Virus record (IMG/VR): IMGVR_UViG_3300029798_000001
DNA length: 64,000 bases
Reading direction: 5' to 3' (one strand)
Origin: a virus
Taxonomy: Duplodnaviria > Caudoviricetes
In this document: piece by piece, positions 43,885 to 53,624 of the stretch
Numbering within the stretch: position 1 is the first letter of the stretch
How the letters are laid out: every line of letters begins with the position of its first letter
The notes under the pieces: generated by a model
The model's database searches: none
Seen by the model: only the letters and a program-made list of their open reading frames with translations
What the model was told of the DNA's origin: nothing
Translations under genes and position numbers: made by a program

Positions 43885-46356
43885 ATGACGCAACCAGTTT
43901 GGATCACTCCTCCTGGAAGTTTAGGAACCATACCAGAGGGTGTGTTCTACGCCACCCCATTGTCGGCGACTGCAGATACCACAGTATACTATCAACTTAT
44001 AGCCGGTAACTTACCACCCGGTATGTTTATTAACGAAACTGGAATATTATCCGGTAATCCTGCAGCCAAAAGTTCCGCAGAAGGTATTCCTTTGCCGGTC
44101 GCTGCCGATACCACCAGTAGATTTGCTGTTAGAGCATATACCAATACACGCCAATTGGCTGATCGTACTTTTACCATTACAGTTGCAGTACAAAATACGG
44201 TATCGTGGACTACACCGGCCGGAACGATTGGCACATATTATGATGGAAATCAAATCGTAGGACTTCAGGTTAACTATGTGGATACTGATATCTACGCCAC
44301 TCCGGTAGTAACTTTGCTCAACGGAAGTCTTCCTCCTGGACTTACTATATCTAGTTCAGGGGTCATCTCGGGATACATTAGTCCTAGTACCAATACATCA
44401 GCCACATCAACTAGTTATTCATTTACATTAAGAGTATCAAATGGACAATCTAACGATACAAGAACTTTTGATATTTTAGTATATCAACTTGAAGCAATGA
44501 CCGCCGATAATACATTTATTACAGCCGATAATACATTTATTACAGCCGATGTCAGCCCTGCCATTCCTCCGATTATTACAACGCCGACGGGTAGCATCGG
44601 TAGTGTTCGTAGTGATAATTTCTTTGCTTTCCAATTTACCGGAATTGATTTTAATTACAATCAATTCCAATTTATAGCAATTGATAATTTACCCCCTGGA
44701 TTAACTTTAGATCCAAACACTGGTTGGTTATATGGGTTTATTCCACCAGGTGGCATTTTAGCCCCGGCTTATACATTTACACTTGTTGCATGGGAAACCA
44801 ATAATCATACTGTAGTCAGTGGATCGTATGTTTATTCATTAACTATCACTGGCCCAGTAAATTCAGATGTTATATGGCTAACCCCCAGCGACCTGGGATC
44901 AATTTTCAACGGATCAACTAGCACATTTTATGTTGCCGCAGTGAATACTTCAGGATTATCGTTGACTTATCAACTATTATCTGGTAGTAATAGTCGACTA
45001 CCACAAGGTCTACAATTATTGTCATCGGGTAATATTGCTGGTCGTGTTAGTTTTGACACTTTTACCGTTGACAATGGCGCCACTACATTTGATGCTACAA
45101 CAAATTCAAACACTACGGTCGTTCCTAGGCCAACCACATTTGATTTGGTATGTACTTTTACAGTAAATGTTACCAGTGTTAATGGCGTAGTGAATGCCAG
45201 TAAGATCTTCTCAATTAGAGTAATTCGTGAGTATCAGGCACCATACAATAATCTTTATATACAAGCAATGCCACCACAGGATGATCGAGCCTTGTTGGCT
45301 AGTTTGTTACAGAGTACTTTAATATTTCCTCAACCGTTAATCTATAGAGCCGATGATCCAAACTTTGGTGTAGCCCGTCGAGTCATCTATGACCATGCAT
45401 ATGGTCTTACTGCCGCTACCTTAGAAACCTATGTAGAAAGTTTAAATCTTAACCATTACTGGAAAAATTTAACTCTAGGCAACATTAAAACGGCCCGGGC
45501 TGTAGATCCAACGACAGGTGCGATTGTTTATGAAGTTGTGTACAGTGAAGTTGTTGATAATCTAGTTAATAATGCTGGCGAAAGCGTTGGCAAATTAGTT
45601 AACACACCGTTTGTAATTCCAGTTGATACACAAATAGTATATCCTAATGCGTTAGTGGACATGCGTAATCAAGTCATTGATGTTGTCGGACAGGAAAGTA
45701 ATGTCTTACCCTTGTGGATGCTATCAAAACAAAGTAACGGGCAAGTTCTAGGATTTACTCCGGCATGGGTTATTGCCTATACCAATCCCAGACAAAGCGG
45801 ACAAGTTGCTTACAATATCAAAACTTATTTTGGCAATCGACTTGATCTTGTTGACTTCGAAGTTGATCGCTACGAGTTAGATAACTTATTAACTAAGAAT
45901 TGGGACCGCGCTGGACAGCATTGGGTACCACAACCACCTACACTAACTACATTTGATATAGAGTGTCACTACGAAGTTACTGATTACTCTGTAGGTTCTG
46001 GATATCTGGAAGGTGATATTATTAAGATACTAGGTACACAAGTTGGCGGTGTTACACCATTAAATGATATAACTATTCAAATAAATCAAGTTAATATTGT
46101 CACTGGAGCTATTTTAGGATACTTTGCAAGTGGAGTAGCACCTCTAAATTCATCCACCGCAACGTACACAAACATTACAGGAACCAATGTAGTAGGATCC
46201 GGCGTTGGTACCGTGTGGGATTTTGTTTCGGTTCCAGGAACTCCTACAGTATTTGATGGAAATAGCCTAGAGTTTACAGCCCCGGTAGATATGTATAGCA
46301 ACACTAACGAATACGATAAATACCTTGTATTCCCCAAACGGAACATTTTAGAATAA
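43885..46356 (+). CDS. Baseplate/tail structural protein with putative Ig (He_PIG-like) repeats
   Basis: Repeated W.TP.GSLG and LPPGL.(I/L)...G.(I/L).G motifs. Confidence 0.75.
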   Translation: MTQPVWITPPGSLGTIPEGVFYATPLSATADTTVYYQLIAGNLPPGMFINETGILSGNPAAKSSAEGIPLPVAADTTSRFAVRAYTNTRQLADRTFTITVAVQNTVSWTTPAGTIGTYYDGNQIVGLQVNYVDTDIYATPVVTLLNGSLPPGLTISSSGVISGYISPSTNTSATSTSYSFTLRVSNGQSNDTRTFDILVYQLEAMTADNTFITADNTFITADVSPAIPPIITTPTGSIGSVRSDNFFAFQFTGIDFNYNQFQFIAIDNLPPGLTLDPNTGWLYGFIPPGGILAPAYTFTLVAWETNNHTVVSGSYVYSLTITGPVNSDVIWLTPSDLGSIFNGSTSTFYVAAVNTSGLSLTYQLLSGSNSRLPQGLQLLSSGNIAGRVSFDTFTVDNGATTFDATTNSNTTVVPRPTTFDLVCTFTVNVTSVNGVVNASKIFSIRVIREYQAPYNNLYIQAMPPQDDRALLASLLQSTLIFPQPLIYRADDPNFGVARRVIYDHAYGLTAATLETYVESLNLNHYWKNLTLGNIKTARAVDPTTGAIVYEVVYSEVVDNLVNNAGESVGKLVNTPFVIPVDTQIVYPNALVDMRNQVIDVVGQESNVLPLWMLSKQSNGQVLGFTPAWVIAYTNPRQSGQVAYNIKTYFGNRLDLVDFEVDRYELDNLLTKNWDRAGQHWVPQPPTLTTFDIECHYEVTDYSVGSGYLEGDIIKILGTQVGGVTPLNDITIQINQVNIVTGAILGYFASGVAPLNSSTATYTNITGTNVVGSGVGTVWDFVSVPGTPTVFDGNSLEFTAPVDMYSNTNEYDKYLVFPKRNILE
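44503..44550. repeat. 21-bp tandem repeat (TADNTFI)
   Basis: GCCGATAATACATTTATTACA x2 plus GCCGAT. Confidence 0.9.
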
Positions 46357-46369
46357 ATTAGGATAACTT

Positions 46370-47248
46370 ATGACAAGTAACATTAACCCAAACAATATCG
46401 TCGGCTCCTATCCAGTAGCCGGACAGGATAATAATTCGCAGGGATTCCGCGATAATTTTACCAATACATCCACAAATTTTCAGTACGCAGCCAACGAAAT
46501 TACAGATCTGCAGAATAAAGCAGTTCTTAAAGCCGCTCTTACTGGTACTACATTAAACAACGACATGAATGGAGCAGTATTAAGTAATGCTCAACTCCTG
46601 GATATGAGCGAAACGGTTAATCCACTGGGATCACTTAGTGGGTCTGTTGCTATAAATTATACATTGGGTTCCTACCAAACAGTAACTACCAACGGTCCTA
46701 TTAGCCTAGGATTTAGCAATTGGCCTGTTGCCGGAACAGCTGGCACTGTGGTAGTACAAGTTACTGTGGTAAACACAAGTCATTCAATAACCTTTCCTAC
46801 AGCAGTATCCGTTAACACCCTTGGTATCCAAGGACTTGATACATCAACTAATGTATTGACCGTTGCCGCCGTTGGCACATATACATTTGCCTTTACCACA
46901 GTTAATAGTGGCTCATCTATTACTATCGCCGAAGTCAACAAAGAATTACAACCATTTAATAATAGCAGTGAGAATTTAGCAGATGCAGCCGCTGCCAATT
47001 TAGCTGTTACTACTAGCTACTTCAGTACAGTTACTACTACCACAGCAACCTTAGCTGATGGTGTAGCAGGGCAAGTTAAAGTATTTGCCATGTACGAGGA
47101 AAGCGGCACAATGACTATTACGGTAGTTAGCCCAGCATGGGGCGGTGCTGGAACAATTACCTTTGACACGGTTGCCCAAGCCTGCACATTGCAGTATGTT
47201 AACGGTGTATGGTTTTGCATTGGTAATAATGGCGCTGTATTTGCCTAA
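46370..47248 (+). CDS. Virion structural protein
   Basis: SNIN...YPVAGQDNNSQGFRDNF; in structural operon. Confidence 0.7.
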   Translation: MTSNINPNNIVGSYPVAGQDNNSQGFRDNFTNTSTNFQYAANEITDLQNKAVLKAALTGTTLNNDMNGAVLSNAQLLDMSETVNPLGSLSGSVAINYTLGSYQTVTTNGPISLGFSNWPVAGTAGTVVVQVTVVNTSHSITFPTAVSVNTLGIQGLDTSTNVLTVAAVGTYTFAFTTVNSGSSITIAEVNKELQPFNNSSENLADAAAANLAVTTSYFSTVTTTTATLADGVAGQVKVFAMYEESGTMTITVVSPAWGGAGTITFDTVAQACTLQYVNGVWFCIGNNGAVFA

Positions 47249-47293
47249 CCAAATACCGTTGACTTTCGTTTAAAGTTATTGTATAATTAGGAT

Positions 47294-47524
47294 ATGGACT
47301 ATCCTGAACACCCACTAATTTCTAGTCTCGACGACTTGTCTGAACAGCAACTTTTGGACAAAATAACCGAACTCAATAAAAAATTATCCATTGCCTATAA
47401 TACCGGCAATGGGCATTTATGCAATCAAGTAAGATTAGCATTAGCCTCCTATAACACCAAGTACCAAGAAAAACTTCGTAAAAATCCCGGTTCAGAATAC
47501 GACGGTGTGATTGATATATCATGA
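47294..47524 (+). CDS. Hypothetical protein
   Basis: After early promoter. Confidence 0.65.
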   Translation: MDYPEHPLISSLDDLSEQQLLDKITELNKKLSIAYNTGNGHLCNQVRLALASYNTKYQEKLRKNPGSEYDGVIDIS

Positions 47525-48126
47525 ATGTAAGACTTAAAAATGATTTAATTTTCCAAGCCGGCGTATACTACAATGGCGAATTGCGTATGAATAATTATAA
47601 TCTACGCCTGTGGATGATTACTAATACGCACGAACCATCTAGTCACAATATAGCCTTTGATCGTATTAAATATTTTGTTTATTCTACTTTAGACAGTACT
47701 ATTTTTATCAACGAAGACAATCAAGAACAGTGCGAACAGTTACTCGATGCCGGACTTAAACTTACTACCATGCCCGGTGAACCAGTTGACCAACTCATTG
47801 GACTTATGTTATACTACAAACTTAATGCTATTACCGAAAGTCGTATGACCATAGTAGAAACAGAATTGTCTAGTGTCATGGGCGAAAATATGACCTACTT
47901 ACACAGTGAAAACGAAAATCCAGAAACTGTTATTCGTCCAGACTGGTGGAGTAGTCCGGATCTTGTACATTATAATACTGATTTAGTAGATTCTGATAAG
48001 GTAGTTACCATGCATCAAGTTAGTGTATGGAGAGATTTAGAGCTGGCTTGGCCCGACGAAGATATATCCGAATCCGGAAACACAGTTGTATTCGCAGATT
48101 TTAAGCGTAGTGATGATACAGAATAA
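47521..48126 (+). CDS. Hypothetical protein
   Basis: 201-aa coupled ORF. Confidence 0.7.
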   Translation: MNVRLKNDLIFQAGVYYNGELRMNNYNLRLWMITNTHEPSSHNIAFDRIKYFVYSTLDSTIFINEDNQEQCEQLLDAGLKLTTMPGEPVDQLIGLMLYYKLNAITESRMTIVETELSSVMGENMTYLHSENENPETVIRPDWWSSPDLVHYNTDLVDSDKVVTMHQVSVWRDLELAWPDEDISESGNTVVFADFKRSDDTE

Positions 48127-48625
48127 ATTTGGTGAACTAATTTTTAATGAGTCGGATGTTTGTGATCTTGTCATGCAAGGTCGTGAGTTATCCATGCTCG
48201 ATGGTATGATTGTAGACGATACTGTAGATCTTTCTCGACTGCCAGATTTTTTAGATTCGATACCCAAGTTACAGCAACAACGATTACATTCTGCATCAGT
48301 TCCTGAATGGCATGCCCAACAGCAAGCAAACTGGCACATGCCCCAGGAATACAAAGATTTAGAAATCGCCGAATATATTCTAGGACTATGTGACAACGAA
48401 GCAGAATTGCAACGCTGTGGTGAAGAATTGTTGTTGTATCAAGAGCGTGGGTTGTTTGATTTATTGCGTTATTTAAAATATCTAGTTGATATCATGACCC
48501 AAAATCAAATAATTTGGGGAGTTGGTAGAGGTAGTAGTGTAGCAAGTTTTGTACTGTATAAATTGAGTGTGCATCGAATTGACAGCCTTTTCTATAATTT
48601 AGACATACACGAATTCTTACGATAA
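48113..48625 (+). CDS. Stand-alone DNA polymerase III alpha (DnaE)-like fragment
   Basis: RCGEEL..Y...L.YLVD..TQN.IIWGVGRGSSVASFVLY.L.VHRID...Y.L...EFLR. Confidence 0.75.
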   Translation: MIQNKFGELIFNESDVCDLVMQGRELSMLDGMIVDDTVDLSRLPDFLDSIPKLQQQRLHSASVPEWHAQQQANWHMPQEYKDLEIAEYILGLCDNEAELQRCGEELLLYQERGLFDLLRYLKYLVDIMTQNQIIWGVGRGSSVASFVLYKLSVHRIDSLFYNLDIHEFLR

Positions 48626-48652
48626 GTACAAACATATTCTAAAGGAAGTATC

Positions 48653-49135
48653 ATGGCCAAACAAATTTATAAATCAGCCCAAGGAAAATCAGTCGATTTG
48701 GGCACAATAAAACTGAGAAACGAACATGTTCGAGCAGTCGGCAACATGAATGTCAACGCCCGAGGAGATGTATTAGATTCTAATAATCAAGTAATTGACA
48801 AAAAAAGTAGTCAAATACAACGACAAAATGCTCGGTTAACTAATATCTCAGATGCTCCTGTACATACTAGTACTTCTGCGGCTAAACGGGCCCGAGCAAA
48901 TCAACAGTCTACGGACTCTACAGATAGTTTACCAGCGGCACCAATTACAGCTGAACCGGAACCACAAATAATCAATGCTGCACCTGCACCGGTTGAGGTC
49001 ATTGATCCGGTTGACCCAACAACCGCTGGTGGCGGGCTTGCGGCTGCCATAGCAAGATCCAAAGTTATTAAACAAGAAAAAGAAAAAACTGCAAGACAAC
49101 TACAACAAGACACTCCAGGAGTAAGGAAAATTTAA
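48653..49135 (+). CDS. Hypothetical late protein with Pro/Ala-rich linker
   Basis: TAAGTA promoter, AAGGA SD. Confidence 0.7.
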   Translation: MAKQIYKSAQGKSVDLGTIKLRNEHVRAVGNMNVNARGDVLDSNNQVIDKKSSQIQRQNARLTNISDAPVHTSTSAAKRARANQQSTDSTDSLPAAPITAEPEPQIINAAPAPVEVIDPVDPTTAGGGLAAAIARSKVIKQEKEKTARQLQQDTPGVRKI

Positions 49136-49527
49136 TGAAGAAACATGCATTTGAATCACACAAAGTACGACGCGAACAGATTAAAGCTATTCATGATCAT
49201 GTGTTAGTATACGAAATGGCATTCGATGGTCGTAAATTAAATTCTGGTATTATCCTGTTAAATGACGACGGCAAAGGTTACGGTATTCGCCCACGCTGGG
49301 GCCGTGTGTATGCCGTAGGTAAAGATCAAAAAGATGTAAAGATAGGACAATGGATTATGATTGCGCACGGTCGATGGACCCGTGGATTAAAAATTGAAGA
49401 CGAGACCGGGGAACTTACCCTTCGTAAAATTGACCCCAATGATATTTTATTAGTGTCGGATCAAGAAGATGCTCCACAAGACGATACTCAAAGTACCGCA
49501 ATTCATGTTGACAAACAAACAATGTGA
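49135..49527 (+). CDS. GroES/gp31-like co-chaperonin
   Basis: IKAIHDHVLV...SGIIL...GRVYAVG...VKIGQ. Confidence 0.75.
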   Translation: MKKHAFESHKVRREQIKAIHDHVLVYEMAFDGRKLNSGIILLNDDGKGYGIRPRWGRVYAVGKDQKDVKIGQWIMIAHGRWTRGLKIEDETGELTLRKIDPNDILLVSDQEDAPQDDTQSTAIHVDKQTM

Positions 49528-49579
49528 TAGTTATCCAATAGCTATTGCAATCCTGTATTTTTTGTAGTATAATAATTAT

Positions 49580-49744
49580 ATGAAAAAAACAGACTGTAAA
49601 ACCTGTGGCAAAGAATACTCACCTATGTGTGATTTTATGCAAGGCCGCTGTCCGTATCATCCAGCAACGGTTGATATGTCAGTATTAAAAACTAGATTTG
49701 CAAATCTACTCAAATTCTTTAAAGGAAAAATAAAATGGCATTAA
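49580..49744 (+). CDS. 54-aa Cys-rich small protein (not in track)
   Basis: After TTGCAA-N17-TATAAT; CKTC...CDF..GRCP.H. Confidence 0.45.
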   Translation: MKKTDCKTCGKEYSPMCDFMQGRCPYHPATVDMSVLKTRFANLLKFFKGKIKWH

Positions 49745-49923
49745 CTAGACCTACAACAACACAAGTAACACACCCACACCCTATTAAACATCGAACTATT
49801 AGTTTTGTTAAAAGTGGATTAAGAATTGTTGCTTGTTATTTTTTAGCATACTACGATATGCAATATGCAGCCGGGCTGTTCGCTGTAGCCGAACTGTTAG
49901 GTATTGCTGAAGAATTGGTGTAA
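49735..49923 (+). CDS. Small membrane protein
   Basis: AAGGA SD; HRTISFVKSGLRI...AELLGIAEELV. Confidence 0.65.
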   Translation: MALTRPTTTQVTHPHPIKHRTISFVKSGLRIVACYFLAYYDMQYAAGLFAVAELLGIAEELV

Positions 49924-50207
49924 TGAATCGAACCACTTGGATACAACTTAACCGCTGGTATACAAGTTTACATCGTATACAGCAGTGGTTGGTCAAAATT
50001 GGATTAGTTATAGGTGTTCTATGTTTTATCTTAGTAGTTACTCACGAACCTCGTGAACGCACCAGGCATGCTAACATCATACTTAACTGCGACCATTGCG
50101 GAACTGATCCTGAAAGAACGATATCATATAATGATTATATGAATCAAAAAGAACAACAGCAGGTTTGGTTTAAACAAGAACGAAAACGACTCCGTCAAGA
50201 AATATAG
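49923..50207 (+). CDS. Membrane-anchored hypothetical protein
   Basis: TAATG-coupled, one TM. Confidence 0.5.
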   Translation: MNRTTWIQLNRWYTSLHRIQQWLVKIGLVIGVLCFILVVTHEPRERTRHANIILNCDHCGTDPERTISYNDYMNQKEQQQVWFKQERKRLRQEI

Positions 50208-50279
50208 GATGAGCGAGGACGCCAACGCTGGTGTAGCACCCATTTGCATGATGTAAATTGCAAGAAGTAGGAGAATTAT

Positions 50280-50444
50280 ATGTCTGGAAAAAAGGTAAAA
50301 GCAATCCCTGTTATTGTTTCGTTAACTAAAGTTAACAAACAAAAGAAAAAAGCAAAAGTTATTGACACCAACGAATTAGATGCGTATAATGAAGAACGCT
50401 TGGTTTCAAAATTTGACAAAGAAAATATTAAAGGTAAAAAATGA
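50280..50444 (+). CDS. 54-aa basic protein (not in track)
   Basis: AGGAG SD; ATGA overlap with clamp loader. Confidence 0.4.
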   Translation: MSGKKVKAIPVIVSLTKVNKQKKKAKVIDTNELDAYNEERLVSKFDKENIKGKK

Positions 50445-51361
50445 AAGAATTATGGGTTGAGGCGTATCGTCCAAAAACAATTGATGGTTATGTGTTTGTA
50501 GACGATAATCAACGGCAACAAGTTGAGTCATGGATTAAAGACGGTAGCATTCCAAATTTGTTGTTTAGTGGTAGTCCGGGTACGGGTAAAACTACTCTAG
50601 GTAAGATGTTGATTAACGAGCTCGGTGTAGATGAATATGATGTGCTATATGCCAACGGTAGTAAAGAAGCTCGTAAGATTGAATGGGTGGACAAACTAAT
50701 TAGTTTCTGTCAAACTATGCCCTATGGCAAGTTTAAGATTGTGTTTATTGACGAAGCAGATTATATGAATCCGCAGAGCGTTCAACCAGCACTACGTAAT
50801 CTAATGGAAGACTATAGTCACAGCGTTAGATTTATTTTAACCTGCAACTATCCTAACAAGATTATTCCACCACTACATTCGAGACTGCAACAGTTACATA
50901 TCTTAAAAACAGATCATACCGAATTTACTGCCCGTGCGGCAACAGTGCTGGTTACAGAAGAAGTTGAGTTTGATATTGATACCCTGGATAGTTATGTTCG
51001 TGCTACATATCCAGACTTACGCAAATGTCTACAGTTACTACAACAAAATAGTCAAAGCGGCCAATTAAATGTACCCAACAGCACAGATAAATCTGCAGGC
51101 GATTGGAAATTAGACTGTGTACAGTTATTTAAAGATGGCAAGATTCGTGAAGCTCGCACATTACTTTGTCAACAAAGTACTCCTGAAGAGGCCGACGAAA
51201 TATTCCGTTGGATGTACGATAACCTAGACTTATGGTCTACTGATGTACACAAGCAAGATCAAGCAATCGTTATTATTCGCAATGGCTTAGTTAATATACC
51301 GTTGGTTGCAGATCAAGAAATTAATCTAAGTGCTACGCTATCTGAATTATGCCAACTTTGA
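50441..51361 (+). CDS. Clamp loader AAA+ subunit (gp44/RFC-like)
   Basis: LWVEAYRPKT, GSPGTGKTT, IDEADYM, FILTCN, SRL. Confidence 0.92.
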   Translation: MKELWVEAYRPKTIDGYVFVDDNQRQQVESWIKDGSIPNLLFSGSPGTGKTTLGKMLINELGVDEYDVLYANGSKEARKIEWVDKLISFCQTMPYGKFKIVFIDEADYMNPQSVQPALRNLMEDYSHSVRFILTCNYPNKIIPPLHSRLQQLHILKTDHTEFTARAATVLVTEEVEFDIDTLDSYVRATYPDLRKCLQLLQQNSQSGQLNVPNSTDKSAGDWKLDCVQLFKDGKIREARTLLCQQSTPEEADEIFRWMYDNLDLWSTDVHKQDQAIVIIRNGLVNIPLVADQEINLSATLSELCQL

Positions 51362-51961
51362 TAGTACCACCTTTGAAATAGTTAAATGACTTTTTATTCC
51401 AAATGTATCTGTATTATTAGGTAGACTTGCATCAAGATGAAATTTATTATGTATTAACAGTTTATTTTTAATCTCAGGTGGCAATATATGGTCAACATTA
51501 TCCCAATAAAAATAAAATTTTTGTTTATTCCACAGTAGTTGTTCCACTTGAGTAAAATAATCAATAAATTTGTTAACTGCTTGAATTTTATTCCCGGGTG
51601 ATATAACTTTCTCTGAACCGATGCGTTGTCGGTCAAGATTATTAAATTGTATTAAAAATAAATCATTAGTGGTGCGTTTAGTTAGATTTTTTAAATTTAA
51701 TAAATGATCGTAATTTTCATGAAAATAGCACCCTAATGAACAATTAATATAACCAAGCCCTGCTTGTTTAGCGACTTGATATCCGTAAATATCAGCTTCA
51801 GCAATACCAATGCCAAAACTAATTGAATTGCCGATAACAATTACTGAATCACGATTATATTGTTCAGGGGAACGAAACCCAAGAGAATTAAATTTATAGG
51901 TAATATTATTAGACTGATCATAGCCAAAATTAATAACTTCTTGCCCTGCTAGGCTACCCAT
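51347..51961 (-). CDS. SGNH-hydrolase-like protein (AT-rich insert)
   Basis: FNSLGFRS, VIGNSISFGIG, NCSLG. Confidence 0.55.
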   Translation of the reverse strand: MGSLAGQEVINFGYDQSNNITYKFNSLGFRSPEQYNRDSVIVIGNSISFGIGIAEADIYGYQVAKQAGLGYINCSLGCYFHENYDHLLNLKNLTKRTTNDLFLIQFNNLDRQRIGSEKVISPGNKIQAVNKFIDYFTQVEQLLWNKQKFYFYWDNVDHILPPEIKNKLLIHNKFHLDASLPNNTDTFGIKSHLTISKVVLSKLA

Positions 51962-52686
51962 AGTGTTTGATACGAACCAGTTTTCCATTTAATGATTTCC
52001 TTGAGAATTTTTGTATTGCTAGATGAGTCTATGTTATTAATATCTTTTAAAAAATTACTTAATATATCTTTGTTGAGTAATTTATAATCCTGATAGATAT
52101 TGTTCCAGGGTTTCCATCTATCTGTACTCACTGATATATTTAAAAATTTAAAAATTTCTAATATTTTACTATCCAGGGTATTAAATATATCTTGGTAATT
52201 AACAATAAAATTATCAGTGTTATCAGGTAGATTATAATAGTTAAGAAAAAAGTTATTTGATAGATCCAGTAGGACTTTTTTAACTTGTTCTATATTATAT
52301 TTTTTACTAAGTTGATCTGTAATATGAATAAATGGACTATTAGTAACTGTAGTATAATGCCTCGCTAGTTGTTCTGGACAAAATTTGCTGTTATCAAAAA
52401 TAATTTTTTTACTTGGTATTTCAATTAACAATTTAAAATCATTATCATCTTTTGGTACAATGTACACTATTGAGTTTTTTGATGCTGTCAACAGCGTCGA
52501 TCGGTCAGCATTGGGATCTAGATGATCTTTTTTAAAATTGTGCGCTGTAAACTTATTAATTGGATTAATATCTACTTGAACTTTATCGTTAAATAATGTA
52601 TAATAGTATTCATCGCCACATAAATAGGCAATAGACCAATTTAAAAAAGTAAAGCCGCACCCGCCAGGGCCAATGGTTAATATCAT
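51949..52686 (-). CDS. P-loop/sulfotransferase-like protein (AT-rich insert)
   Basis: N-terminal GPGGCGFTFLNWSI. Confidence 0.45.
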   Translation of the reverse strand: MILTIGPGGCGFTFLNWSIAYLCGDEYYYTLFNDKVQVDINPINKFTAHNFKKDHLDPNADRSTLLTASKNSIVYIVPKDDNDFKLLIEIPSKKIIFDNSKFCPEQLARHYTTVTNSPFIHITDQLSKKYNIEQVKKVLLDLSNNFFLNYYNLPDNTDNFIVNYQDIFNTLDSKILEIFKFLNISVSTDRWKPWNNIYQDYKLLNKDILSNFLKDINNIDSSSNTKILKEIIKWKTGSYQTLWVA

Positions 52687-52705
52687 AAGAAAGAAAGAAA
52701 GAAAA

Positions 52706-52990
52706 ATGCGCTACCTACTACTTACCTACTATACCAAACCCAATGGCCAAATTGATGAAGCTATGACCCTAAGCAATCGTATCAGAACAAAAGATTGGCA
52801 AACAGTTAATGTTATCCTGGATTTTAAGGAACTTAAAGTTATAAAAGCCGCCATGAACAATGTAACCGTACCAAAAGATTGGGATCGCATTGTTGGTTAT
52901 TATTATCAACACTATTCGGCGACGATTGAACGCTTGTTCCAAGAAAACGGGCATCCTATTGATATTAAAGCTGAAATTCCAGCCGGTTGA
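52706..52990 (+). CDS. Hypothetical protein
   Basis: Start reassigned to MRYLLLTYY. Confidence 0.7.
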   Translation: MRYLLLTYYTKPNGQIDEAMTLSNRIRTKDWQTVNVILDFKELKVIKAAMNNVTVPKDWDRIVGYYYQHYSATIERLFQENGHPIDIKAEIPAG

Positions 52991-53021
52991 CCAATAATGA
53001 CATTTCATAGTATAATGTATT

Positions 53022-53624
53022 ATGAAATCAAAATATAGAAACAGAAAAAATCTTATCCTCACAGATTTTGACGGCGTCTGCGGTGATTGGGAATGGGCAT
53101 TTAATGTCTGGATGCAGGAGCACGGGTTTGAGGAAGTTCCGGGTAGCAAACTTAACTATGACATGAGTGTTCGCTATGGCATACCTAGAGAACAAGTAGT
53201 TAAACTAATACGAATCTTTAACGAAAGCGCCGCAATTGGATTTTTGCCGGCACAGCGCGATGCCATGTATTATGTCAAACGCCTACACGAGGAACACGGA
53301 TACAAATTCCACTGTATTACTAGTTTAAGTTTGGACCCTAATGCGCAGAGATTGCGTGAAATGAATATCCACAAAATGTTTGGCCCAACAGCATTTGAAA
53401 GAATTGTATGCCTAGACACCGGAGCACACAAGGATGAAGCTCTTGAAGAGTACGAAGGTACTGGTTTGTATTGGATTGAGGACAAAATTGAAAATGCTGA
53501 GGCCGGTTACCGAGCAGGTTTAAAATGTTTGCTCATGGAACACGGCCACAACATGCACCACTATCATCCTAGTATAACACTCGTAAAAAACTGGAAACAC
53601 ATTTACGAGTTAATTACTCAGTAA
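53022..53624 (+). CDS. HAD-family nucleotidase-like protein (T4 gp30.2-like)
   Basis: LTDFDGV, CITS, WIEDK..NA. Confidence 0.85.
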   Translation: MKSKYRNRKNLILTDFDGVCGDWEWAFNVWMQEHGFEEVPGSKLNYDMSVRYGIPREQVVKLIRIFNESAAIGFLPAQRDAMYYVKRLHEEHGYKFHCITSLSLDPNAQRLREMNIHKMFGPTAFERIVCLDTGAHKDEALEEYEGTGLYWIEDKIENAEAGYRAGLKCLLMEHGHNMHHYHPSITLVKNWKHIYELITQ

